From an uncultured Eubacteriales bacterium (GTDB lineage: Bacteria > Acidobacteriota > Aminicenantia > Aminicenantales > Aminicenantaceae), in the NCBI GenBank assembly GCA_964505785.1, contig CAZDJZ010000003.1, positions 168,934-232,933 of the forward strand: a stretch of 64,000 nucleotides of DNA, given 5' to 3'. Under the pieces are notes generated by a model, which worked only from the letters and a program-made list of their open reading frames with translations, was not told the origin of the DNA and did not search any database. How positions within the stretch are numbered: position 1 is the stretch's first letter; each line of letters starts with the position of its first letter. The position numbers and the translations under genes are program-made. This document shows positions 30,191-38,949 of this stretch, piece after piece.

Positions 30191-30937
30191 TCACCAGCTT
30201 TTAATTGGACCTTCCGCGAGTCCATGGATAAATTGGTTCACAACCGGATTATCCGATTCCTTTATTTCTTCCGGAGTTCCACATTTTACGATGACCCCAT
30301 TATAGAGCATGGCAATCCGGTCGGCAACTTTATAAGCACTTGCCATATCATGAGTGATCACGATTGAAGTGACCTTCATTTCTTTTGTTAATTGCAGGAT
30401 GAGATCATTAATGGCATCCGCCCGTATGGGATCAATACCCGTGGACGGCTCATCATAAAGCATGATGCGCGGTTCATAAACGATAGCGCGCGCCAAACCG
30501 ACGCGTTTTTTCATTCCTCCGCTTAATTCATGCGGCATCAGCTTCTCAATCCCGCGAAGCCCAACCTTATCCAAGCTTTCTCTTATTGCCCGGTCCATCC
30601 TGTCCTTTGAATAATCAGTAAACCGCTTAAGACCAAAAGCAACATTTTCCTCAACAGTCAAAGAATCGAACAGCGCGGCACCCTGAAAAAGCATGCCGAA
30701 TTTTCTTCGGATTTCAAACCATTCCTTTTCATTCAAGGCAGAGATATCCTTCCCATCTACATAAATTTCCCCGCTGTCCGGATGCAGCAAACCAATAATA
30801 TGTTTCAGCAAAACACTTTTACCGGAGCCGCTTTGGCCGATCACCACCAGGGTTTCCCCATCGCGGGCGTCCAAGTTTAATCCCTTTAGGACCGGTGTGC
30901 CTCCAAATGTCTTGAATAATTCCTTGATTTTGATCAT
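30191..30937 (-). CDS. mlaF: MlaF ABC ATPase
   Basis: GQSGSGKS, LSGGMKKRV, YDEPSTGIDP. Confidence 0.9.
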   Translation of the reverse strand: MIKIKELFKTFGGTPVLKGLNLDARDGETLVVIGQSGSGKSVLLKHIIGLLHPDSGEIYVDGKDISALNEKEWFEIRRKFGMLFQGAALFDSLTVEENVAFGLKRFTDYSKDRMDRAIRESLDKVGLRGIEKLMPHELSGGMKKRVGLARAIVYEPRIMLYDEPSTGIDPIRADAINDLILQLTKEMKVTSIVITHDMASAYKVADRIAMLYNGVIVKCGTPEEIKESDNPVVNQFIHGLAEGPIKSW

Positions 30938-30938
30938 T

Positions 30939-31697
30939 TTATTTCAACGTCGCCGGCAGCGCTTTGCTTAAGAAAAAATTAAGAATTAATATCCCTATAC
31001 TGGCAACGACAACCGTTGTTGTGGTCGCTTTTCCGACACCTTCTGCCCCGCATTCAGTTTTCATCCCCTGCCAGCACCCGATAACGGCAATATATCCGCC
31101 GAATATCATCGCTTTGATCAATCCGCTGACTAAATCCCATATCTCCATATAAAGCAAGGTATTGCGCATATAAACAAAGCGGTTGACTCCCATGGCAATA
31201 TTATAGGCATACCCTCCCAAAATACCGATGACATCTCCGTAAAGAGTCAGCAGCGGCACCATAAAAACACAAGCCAAGGTGCGTGGTACAACCAAATACT
31301 GAACAGGATTCGCCCCCAGGCTATGCAGGGCGTCTATTTGCTCGGTAATTTTCATGGTGCCGATTTCCGCAGCCATCGCTGAACCGACCCGGCCGGAAAC
31401 CATCAGGCCAACCAGGATGGGGATCAATTCTTTGACAAGGCCCAAGGTGATGATGGGTCCCCCGTACGCCTCCGACCCAGCCCCGACATACCTGTGAAAG
31501 CCGACATAGGTTTGCAGTCCGAAAACCAGTCCTCCAAAAGCCGCCGTCAACGCAACCACCGGTAATGAACGCACCCCCACAAATTCCAATTGCTGGACCA
31601 AATTTTCCTTTTCCCACCGGAAAAAGAAAATCCGCCGCAAAGTCTGAAAGGAAAGCTGGGCGACTTCACCAACCTGGAATAAAAACGTCTTCATCAT
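30939..31697 (-). CDS. mlaE: MlaE ABC permease
   Basis: GRVGSAMAAEIGTMKITEQIDAL, GAEGVGKATT. Confidence 0.92.
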   Translation of the reverse strand: MMKTFLFQVGEVAQLSFQTLRRIFFFRWEKENLVQQLEFVGVRSLPVVALTAAFGGLVFGLQTYVGFHRYVGAGSEAYGGPIITLGLVKELIPILVGLMVSGRVGSAMAAEIGTMKITEQIDALHSLGANPVQYLVVPRTLACVFMVPLLTLYGDVIGILGGYAYNIAMGVNRFVYMRNTLLYMEIWDLVSGLIKAMIFGGYIAVIGCWQGMKTECGAEGVGKATTTTVVVASIGILILNFFLSKALPATLK

Positions 31698-33055
31698 CCT
31701 TCTTCAAATGGATGGACTTCCAGGTTATGAAAACTGGCATATTTATGTAAAAAAGCCAACTGGACATCTCCCGTCGGTCCGTTTCTTTGCTTGGCGACGA
31801 TCACCTTGGCAATTCCCTTGATGGTTTCATCCTCAGGTTTATAAACTTCTTCCCGGAAAATGAACATCACGACATCGGCATCCTGTTCAATAGCGCCCGA
31901 TTCCCGTAAATCCGAAAGCTGCGGGACCGGTTTGCTTCGCCCCTTTTCAGGCGCCCGGCTGAGCTGTGAGATACCCACTACGGGTATCTGCAGTTCCTTC
32001 GCCAGCTCTTTTAAAGAGCGGGAGATAAAAGACATTTCCTGTGTCCGGTTTTCAAACCTTCCAGCTCCGGATCTCATAAGTTGGATATAATCAACAAACA
32101 CAACATCCAATCTTTGTTCCATCTTAAGCCGCCGGGCCTTGGCCTTCATCTCCATTACAGTCAAGGCCGGCGTTTCATCTATGAAGATTCCGGCATTGGA
32201 TATTTTCTGCGCGCTTTTCTTTAAAGTCGAAAATTCCCGTTCGCTGACAAAACCGCGCCTGACTTTCATCAGATCTATCTTGGCATCCGAACAAAGTAAT
32301 CGCAACAGCAGCTGCTCTTTGGACATTTCCAGAGAAAAGAAGCCGACCTTTTTGTCCGTGCTCAGCCCTACATAAAGAGAAATATTCAGGCAAATGGCGG
32401 TTTTCCCCATTGACGGCCGGGCGGCGACAACAACAAATTCAGAGGGATGAAAACCCGCGGTTATTCCGTCCAAAGCATTGAAACCGGAGGGCACTCCAGT
32501 CACCGCCGCCTGCCGGCTGCGGAGAATATCAATGTTTTCCAGGGCGCTTTCCGTCAGGTCATGGACCGGAATAAATCCCGGTTTAATTTTCTCTTCAGCT
32601 ACATCGATAATGGCGGATTGAGCTTCGGCTAAAAGCGTGTCCGCGTCTTGATTCTGGCTGTAGCTGGAGGATATAATCTTGGCTGAGGATGTAATCAGCC
32701 GGCGCAGCAGCGCTTTTTCTTTGATAATGCGGGCATAATATTCAACGTTGATGCTTTTAGGCACCCCGTCCATCAAAGAAGAAAGATAGGCTGAACCCCC
32801 GACATCCTCCAGCTCTCCGGATTTCTGCAGCTCTTCGGATAAGGTCAGCAAATCGGCGGGAAGGCCCTTGTCCACCAAAACAATGATTTTTTCCAATATT
32901 TTCCGGTGGCCGTCCTTATAGTAGTCATAAGGAGTAATGATCGACAAAACAACGTTTAAATTCTTGTTGTTTACAAGAATGCCCCCCAATACTGTTTTTT
33001 CCGCATCCGGGCTGTGTGGTGGAGTTTTCTTTAAAAAAGTAAGGTCAATGCCCAT
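31694..33055 (-). CDS. dnaB: Replicative DNA helicase
   Basis: AARPSMGKT, DYIQLM, SQLSR, DLRESGAIEQDAD, KQRNGPTG; no intein. Confidence 0.97.
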   Translation of the reverse strand: MGIDLTFLKKTPPHSPDAEKTVLGGILVNNKNLNVVLSIITPYDYYKDGHRKILEKIIVLVDKGLPADLLTLSEELQKSGELEDVGGSAYLSSLMDGVPKSINVEYYARIIKEKALLRRLITSSAKIISSSYSQNQDADTLLAEAQSAIIDVAEEKIKPGFIPVHDLTESALENIDILRSRQAAVTGVPSGFNALDGITAGFHPSEFVVVAARPSMGKTAICLNISLYVGLSTDKKVGFFSLEMSKEQLLLRLLCSDAKIDLMKVRRGFVSEREFSTLKKSAQKISNAGIFIDETPALTVMEMKAKARRLKMEQRLDVVFVDYIQLMRSGAGRFENRTQEMSFISRSLKELAKELQIPVVGISQLSRAPEKGRSKPVPQLSDLRESGAIEQDADVVMFIFREEVYKPEDETIKGIAKVIVAKQRNGPTGDVQLAFLHKYASFHNLEVHPFEEG

Positions 33056-33123
33056 GCCGCCACTCTGCCCTTGAAAAAATATTTATATTCCGCCTGCAAA
33101 AAGCCGCCGGTTTATATGTCCGG

Positions 33124-33732
33124 TTACTCCTCCGGAATATCCTGCTTGGCCTCTGTTTTGATTCCGATGGCCTTATCCTCTTCTGTTTTCTCTTCTTTTT
33201 TCTCTGAGCCGGATTCCTCTTCCCCCGCGGCTTCAACTTTTTTCCCCGGTTCCGGAGAAGCTTGTTTTTCCGTCTTTTTCTCAGGTTCCGTCTCTCCCTG
33301 CACCCGGATCGTTATTTCTCCCTGATATTCTTGGAATACTTTGACCGGAATTTTGAATTCCCCCAGTTTTTTTATGGGTTCATCCAGGACAATCCTCCGT
33401 TTTTCAAAATCGAAACCCTTTTGGTCCAAGGCGTCTTTGATATCCGTGACATTAACAGAACCGAACAAGGTATCTTTTTCATCCGCCTTCCTGGTGAAGG
33501 ACAACTCCGTCTGATTAAGCCGGTCAATAACGGCCTGATGGGACTGAATTTCTTTTTCCAATCCCTTCTGAAGAGCCCTTTTTTCGATCTCAATCATATT
33601 GCGGTTGGATGCCGTGACTTGGACAGCCATTTTTTTGGGGACAAGATAATTTCTGCCGTATCCGGGAGAAACATCCACAATATCCCCTTTTTTCCCTAAG
33701 TTTTCAATGTTTTCTTTCAGCAGCAGTTTCAT
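33124..33732 (-). CDS. rplI: 50S ribosomal protein L9 with charged C-terminal tail
   Basis: LGKKGDIVDVSPGYGRNYL, LFGSV. Confidence 0.95.
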   Translation of the reverse strand: MKLLLKENIENLGKKGDIVDVSPGYGRNYLVPKKMAVQVTASNRNMIEIEKRALQKGLEKEIQSHQAVIDRLNQTELSFTRKADEKDTLFGSVNVTDIKDALDQKGFDFEKRRIVLDEPIKKLGEFKIPVKVFQEYQGEITIRVQGETEPEKKTEKQASPEPGKKVEAAGEEESGSEKKEEKTEEDKAIGIKTEAKQDIPEE

Positions 33733-33751
33733 GTGATCCTCCAGGTTCCAC

Positions 33752-33997
33752 TCAGTCCGCGACGTACGGTAGTAAAGCGAGCGTGCGTGCGCGCTTGATT
33801 GCCCTTGTCAGTCTGCGTTGATGATATGCACATGTCCCCGTCACTCTCCGCGGAGAAATTTTGCCTCTTTCCGGGACATATCTCTGTAAAATATCCACTT
33901 TCTTGTAATCTATATCTTTAATGTTTTTTTCACAAAACCAGCAGACTTTCCGCCGGGGAGAAAAAAACCTGCGGGATCTTTTTCTTCTGTTCATCAT
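33752..33997 (-). CDS. rpsR: 30S ribosomal protein S18
   Basis: [25 protein letters not shown]. Confidence 0.96.
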   Translation of the reverse strand: MMNRRKRSRRFFSPRRKVCWFCEKNIKDIDYKKVDILQRYVPERGKISPRRVTGTCAYHQRRLTRAIKRARTLALLPYVAD

Positions 33998-33999
33998 GA

Positions 34000-34422
34000 T
34001 TATTCTCCTTCCTCTGTTTTGGGCTTGGGTTCAGGTTTCGGTTCCTCCGCTTTTTTCCCCGCGGATTTCGCTGTGGTCTTCTTCTCGCCGGAAGAAGCTG
34101 ATTTTTCTGAACCAGCCTTTCTCGGGCGGGAAAACGCCTTTTCTTTGAGAATGGTCATATAGCGAATAAACGCTTCTTTTTGTTTGAACTGCCTTTCCAG
34201 CTCAGCCGGGATCTCGGGTGTGCCGTCATAATCAAAAAAAACATAATATGCCGTGTTGAATTTTTCGATGGGATAAGCCAACGCCCGCGTTCCCCACTTG
34301 TCGATACTGTTCATTTTGCCGTTCTTATTCGCCACAATCTCTGCCATCTGTTCAATCAATTGCGCTGTTTCTTCTTCCGGCAGGTTCGGAGCGAGCAAAA
34401 ACGCTGTTTCGTAATTTCTCAT
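34000..34422 (-). CDS. rpsF: 30S ribosomal protein S6
   Basis: [15 protein letters not shown]. Confidence 0.95.
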   Translation of the reverse strand: MRNYETAFLLAPNLPEEETAQLIEQMAEIVANKNGKMNSIDKWGTRALAYPIEKFNTAYYVFFDYDGTPEIPAELERQFKQKEAFIRYMTILKEKAFSRPRKAGSEKSASSGEKKTTAKSAGKKAEEPKPEPKPKTEEGE

Positions 34423-34425
34423 TTT

Positions 34426-34473
34426 GCCTCCTTATGGTTTAGCAGCTCCTTTTCTCTGGAAAAGGAGCAAGGA
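34426..34473 (-). ncRNA. S6:S18 ribosomal protein leader
   Basis: TCCTTGCTCCTTTTC...GAAAAGGAGCTGCTAAACCATAAGGAGG: outer stem pairs with the SD, inner hairpin, directly 5' of rpsF. Confidence 0.75.
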
Positions 34474-34509
34474 CTTTTTATTGCATCTATTATATTATAT
34501 TAGGCTGAA

Positions 34510-35094
34510 TTATTCATCAGCCGGAACAACCGACCGAGCATTAAATTTATTCATCGCCTCATCAATATCACCGGCTAATATCAAATCCAATGCATTCCGG
34601 GCTTTTTTCAGGCTTATCCCGAATCGGGCTCTTTCCTCTCTCGTAAAGGAAGACAATACGAATTCCGCTGCATCTTCTCCCTGGGGAAGAGGCCCAATTC
34701 CGATCCGGATTCTAGGAAATTCCCTTGTCCGTATTTCCTGGATGATTGAGCGAAGACCTTTGTGAGATCCTGCGGATCCTCTTTTGCGTATCCGGATATT
34801 TCCTAAATCCAAGTCAAAATCATCATAGATCACCACGACATCCTCACCGGCAGCCTCAAACCGGTCCATCAGGTATCTAACCGCCACTCCACTTTTATTC
34901 ATATACGTTTTCGGTATCGATAAAATGACATTTTCCGGAAATTGATTTTTGACCTCAGCATACACAGCCCGTTTCATCTTTCTGAACTTAACTTGGTATT
35001 CCCGGGCCAGCTGCTTGATAAAAATAAATCCGGCATTGTGTCTGGTCAGGGCATATTCCTTTCCCGGATTCCCCAGACCAACCACAACCCGCAA
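34510..35094 (-). CDS. pth: Peptidyl-tRNA hydrolase
   Basis: GLGNPG..Y..TRHNAG, TYMNKSG, SHKGL. Confidence 0.95.
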   Translation of the reverse strand: MRVVVGLGNPGKEYALTRHNAGFIFIKQLAREYQVKFRKMKRAVYAEVKNQFPENVILSIPKTYMNKSGVAVRYLMDRFEAAGEDVVVIYDDFDLDLGNIRIRKRGSAGSHKGLRSIIQEIRTREFPRIRIGIGPLPQGEDAAEFVLSSFTREERARFGISLKKARNALDLILAGDIDEAMNKFNARSVVPADE

Positions 35095-35097
35095 TCA

Positions 35098-35769
35098 TCA
35101 CTCCTTGCTTTCTTCCTCTTCTTCCTCTTCTTCTTTCTTTTCTTTTCCAATAACTTCCGGTTCTTCCCCTTCCACAAGAATTTCTTCTTCGCCCTCTTCT
35201 TCTTCCTCGACTTCTTCTTCGGGAGCATGGACCATCGCCACAACTAATTGCGGATCTGAAAGGATCTTCACTCCTTCCGGCGTAGCCAGTTCTTCCACTT
35301 TAACCGATTGCTGCATATGCAGGTCAGTGACATCAACTTCGATTTCTTCCGGAATGTCTTTAGGAAGACATTCGACTTCCAATTCACGAGTCACAAAATC
35401 CATAAAGCCGCCTTCTGATTTGACGCCAACGGCTTCTCCAACCAGCACCAGCGGAATCGTGACCTCTAAAAATTTATCCATCGCGATTTCTATAAGGTCC
35501 ACATGCAAAAGTTCATCCGTTACTACATCCTGCTGATAATCTTTAATCATAACATCCAGATTTTTGGAATCCAGCTTGATTCGAAACAACGTATTTTCGC
35601 CGCTTTCCGATTTAAGAATATTGAAAACATCTTTCTTGCTGAGAATCAGAGCCGTACTGGTCACGTTCGGTCCATATAAAACCGCAGGAAGGCTTCCTTT
35701 TTTCCGCAAACGCCGGGAATCGGCTTTTCCTGCCGTATCTCGCTTTTCCGCTTTAATGTTCAAAGTCAT
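35098..35769 (-). CDS. rplY: 50S ribosomal protein L25/Ctc
   Basis: RRLR..G.LPAVLYG, LLHVD, acidic tail. Confidence 0.94.
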   Translation of the reverse strand: MTLNIKAEKRDTAGKADSRRLRKKGSLPAVLYGPNVTSTALILSKKDVFNILKSESGENTLFRIKLDSKNLDVMIKDYQQDVVTDELLHVDLIEIAMDKFLEVTIPLVLVGEAVGVKSEGGFMDFVTRELEVECLPKDIPEEIEVDVTDLHMQQSVKVEELATPEGVKILSDPQLVVAMVHAPEEEVEEEEEGEEEILVEGEEPEVIGKEKKEEEEEEEESKE

Positions 35770-35781
35770 ATCAAGTCCTCC

Positions 35782-36729
35782 TTACCTAAACAATGAGCTT
35801 ACAGAGCTGCCCAAATGAATTCTGCGAATGGCTTCGCCAAAGAGCTCCGCTACCGACAGTACCTGTATCCTCTCGGTCATCTCTGCTTTTTCTTTTAATG
35901 GAATTGTATCCGTAACAATCAATTTCTCTAAACAAGATTCATTGATTCTAGTCAGCGCTTCCCCGGATAATACCGGATGCGTGCAGGCGGCATAAATTTT
36001 ATTTGCGCCTTCATTTTTCAATGCTTCCGCTCCTTTAACCAAAGTTCCGCCGGTGTCGACCATATCATCCATCAAAACCACGTCATGTCCCTCTACTTCT
36101 CCAATCACATGGAGCACTTCAGAAATATTCGGTTTCGGGCGGCGCTTATCGATAATACCTAGTTTTGCATGGAGCCTTTTTGCGAACCAGCGGGCCCGTC
36201 CGACTCCGCCCGCATCCGGAGAAACAACCGTCAATTTATTCAAGTTCATTTTTTTTATGTGTTCAGCCAAGACAACGCCGGCCATTAAATTATCTACCGG
36301 AACAGAAAAAAAGCCTTGGATTTGCGGGGAATGGAGATCCATGGTTAAAACCCGGCCGGCACCTGCGGTTTCCATCAAGTCGGCTATCAAGCGCGCGGAA
36401 AGAGGAACGCGGGGGCGATCCTTCCAATCCTGGCGGGCGTAACAATAATACGGAATAACAGCCGTGATTCTTTCAGCCGAGGCCCTTTTCAAGGCATCAA
36501 TCATGATAAATAATTCCATTAAATGAAAATTGGTTTCCCGGGCTCCGGTCTGCAAAACAAAAACATCCTCGCCCCGGACATTTTCATCGATATAAAAATG
36601 GATCTCTCCATCCCTGAATTGCTCCAAGACACTTTTTCCCAAGTCAATATTCAGATAATCCGCAATTTTTCCAGCTAAATCCGGATTTGAAGAACCGGTA
36701 AATAATTTCATTGTTGGATTCTTTTTCAC
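35782..36729 (-). CDS. prs: Ribose-phosphate pyrophosphokinase
   Basis: PYYCYARQD, DLHSPQIQGFF, SPDAGG, DDMVDTGGT; start at GTG 36729 (AGAGGA RBS), because the longer ORF overlaps the tRNA. Confidence 0.95.
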   Translation of the reverse strand: MKKNPTMKLFTGSSNPDLAGKIADYLNIDLGKSVLEQFRDGEIHFYIDENVRGEDVFVLQTGARETNFHLMELFIMIDALKRASAERITAVIPYYCYARQDWKDRPRVPLSARLIADLMETAGAGRVLTMDLHSPQIQGFFSVPVDNLMAGVVLAEHIKKMNLNKLTVVSPDAGGVGRARWFAKRLHAKLGIIDKRRPKPNISEVLHVIGEVEGHDVVLMDDMVDTGGTLVKGAEALKNEGANKIYAACTHPVLSGEALTRINESCLEKLIVTDTIPLKEKAEMTERIQVLSVAELFGEAIRRIHLGSSVSSLFR

Positions 36730-36752
36730 ATTATTCCTCTGTATGGAAAATT

Positions 36753-36827
<75 letters not shown>

Positions 36828-36830
36828 GGC

Positions 36831-37691
36831 TTAATCTTCGATTAAAAGTTTCTTCCTGTATTCCCGGCGGGACAGCGTTTGTGTTATATGTGTATGCACA
36901 TCCAGTTTTTCCCGGGCTCTTTCAGCGGCTCCGCGATTTGGAAAAAGGCCGAAAACCGTTGCCCCGGACCCGCTTACCAAAGCCAAGTCCGCTCCCAAGT
37001 CCAGCAGTCGCTTTTTATGCGTTTTGACCACTGGAAATAAGTCAAAAACAGCGAATTCCAGGTCATTGTATAGACCTTGAACCTTTCGGTCCTTTAGAAA
37101 CTTGATAATTTTACTTTCTTTCCCATGTGAAGTCAAGGTCAAGGGCAGGTGATTATAAACGGAAGCGGTTGCAATGGAAAAATTCTCAAAAACCAGCAGG
37201 CAGGTCAATCTTTCCAGGTCGGGGAGTTCCCGGAGCCGGTCTCCCCGCCGGGACCCCAAGCATAGCCCCCCCGAAAAAAAATAAGGAACATCCGAGCCTA
37301 ACCGGCGACCCAACTTCATAAGACTTTCCCGGCTTAAGCCCAGCGACCACATCCGGTTTAAAGCCCACATGACGGTTGCCGCATTGCTGCTTCCCCCAGC
37401 CAAGCCTCCTCCCGCTGGAATATTCTTTTCAACAAAAATAGAAACGCCCTTGGTGCAGCCTGTTTTTGTCCGGAGCAGCTCGACTGCCTGAAAAATCAGG
37501 TTGTCTTTATTCCAGGAAATGCGCCTGTCTGTTCCTTCCAGTCTTGTTTCCGGATCCGGGCAGTCAGTTAAAGCCAAAAGATCATACAGCTCAATGGATT
37601 GAAAAAGTGTCCGGATGTTATGGTATGCGTCAGGACGGCGCCCCCGGACTTCCAATCCCAAGTTGATTTTAGCAAATGATCTAATCCGCAT
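36831..37691 (-). CDS. ispE: CDP-ME kinase
   Basis: AKINLGL, KNIPAGGGLAGGSSNAA, GSDVP, SGSGATVFG. Confidence 0.95.
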   Translation of the reverse strand: MRIRSFAKINLGLEVRGRRPDAYHNIRTLFQSIELYDLLALTDCPDPETRLEGTDRRISWNKDNLIFQAVELLRTKTGCTKGVSIFVEKNIPAGGGLAGGSSNAATVMWALNRMWSLGLSRESLMKLGRRLGSDVPYFFSGGLCLGSRRGDRLRELPDLERLTCLLVFENFSIATASVYNHLPLTLTSHGKESKIIKFLKDRKVQGLYNDLEFAVFDLFPVVKTHKKRLLDLGADLALVSGSGATVFGLFPNRGAAERAREKLDVHTHITQTLSRREYRKKLLIED

Positions 37692-38370
37692 TGTTAATCA
37701 GCGCGCGAATCTGTTCCCAACTGGTTTCTGAGTAATCACTCAGGAAATCAGCAGAAAAAATACCGGGCCGCACCTCTGGATTGTATTTAAGTTGAAGAAT
37801 TTTCAAACGGCCGCTGCTGAAAGAGTGGGAAAACACCATGCTTTTCATCTGGCTGGAATTGTTTACAAAGTCCTCGATAACAAAAAACAGATCCCCCCTT
37901 TGTCCTGATACAACACGGCCGGTTTCATCCCTTTGAAAAGTCCAGCCGGATAACGTCCCCGGCAATAAGGAATGCCCCCACCGGCCGCTGAGAAACCGCA
38001 CCGCCTCAGCCAGATTTAGACGAAATCCTAGAAACTTTTCTATTATTTCCTCTTCCCGGCTGGGCCAATATATTTTTTTGGACGGGACCACAAAATAAGC
38101 TTTATCCGGCAGGACAAGAATTTGATAAAGAGAACTTCCCAAAAAGTCAGAAACCTCGATATGGCCGTGGTGGGGAAGCAAAAAAACAAAAGAAAATTTA
38201 GTGCGTGAAGACCCCTCCTCCGCGGTGATACGAAGAGATGCATACCCCTCCAGCGCTTGTATTCTCCCGCCGTCCGCAGAAACCTGCAAGCGGGACGGTC
38301 CGCAACTTAAAAACAGCGAGATAAGAAATATCACACCCGCCGCAGGGCCCGGCTTAAAATATTTTTTCAC
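37681..38370 (-). CDS. Lipoprotein, possibly LolA/LolB-like fold
   Basis: Lipobox FLSC, beta-rich, occupies the lolB position upstream of ispE. Confidence 0.55.
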   Translation of the reverse strand: MKKYFKPGPAAGVIFLISLFLSCGPSRLQVSADGGRIQALEGYASLRITAEEGSSRTKFSFVFLLPHHGHIEVSDFLGSSLYQILVLPDKAYFVVPSKKIYWPSREEEIIEKFLGFRLNLAEAVRFLSGRWGHSLLPGTLSGWTFQRDETGRVVSGQRGDLFFVIEDFVNNSSQMKSMVFSHSFSSGRLKILQLKYNPEVRPGIFSADFLSDYSETSWEQIRALINNAD

Positions 38371-38376
38371 AGGTGG

Positions 38377-38700
38377 TTATTTTTTTTCTTTCTTTTCTTC
38401 ATCATCTAAAAGAGAAAATCCGTAATCTTCCGTCTTGATTTTTTTTTCTCTTCCGGCCCTGCCCTTCTTCATCTCAACCTTATGAACCCGGGGTCTCCGC
38501 CGTTCTTCCTCTTCAACCAAGGTAAAACCATAATCTTCAGTTGGCGCTTCTTTACTTTTTTCCCGACGTTTTTTTTTCCGGATCAGCGGATAGAAAGGTG
38601 ATTTGAGCCTTTTTCCAAAGCATGACAGATTCGGGTTGACGAATAAAAGAATGATGAATAAAGCAAAGATGATTATCCCGCCGTATATCCATATGCTCAT
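38377..38700 (-). CDS. Small single-pass membrane protein, hypothetical
   Basis: N-terminal TM, charged tail with two TEDYGF(T/S)L motifs. Confidence 0.65.
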   Translation of the reverse strand: MSIWIYGGIIIFALFIILLFVNPNLSCFGKRLKSPFYPLIRKKKRREKSKEAPTEDYGFTLVEEEERRRPRVHKVEMKKGRAGREKKIKTEDYGFSLLDDEEKKEKK

Positions 38701-38949
38701 TGAGGCCCTCTCAATTTTGAACCAAAGAAAAGTTTCCCGTGTCAGGTCTTTTCTTCCACTTCTTCTTGAAAGTCAGGGATCTTGGATACAACTTTTTCCT
38801 GCCCCAAATAAAATCCAATCACAAAGGCTGAAGAGGCGAGGACAAGGGTCATTAAAGATTTAAATATATTCCTCATTTTATGAATTACCATAAATACTTT
38901 AGTTTTGTTAAATTTTCAAATAATTCCTGGAAAAAGTCAACCCTTCCGG

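Noticed and set aside
34949-35536. 195-aa Ser-rich ORF
   Set aside because: Antisense reading of the Glu-rich rplY tail.
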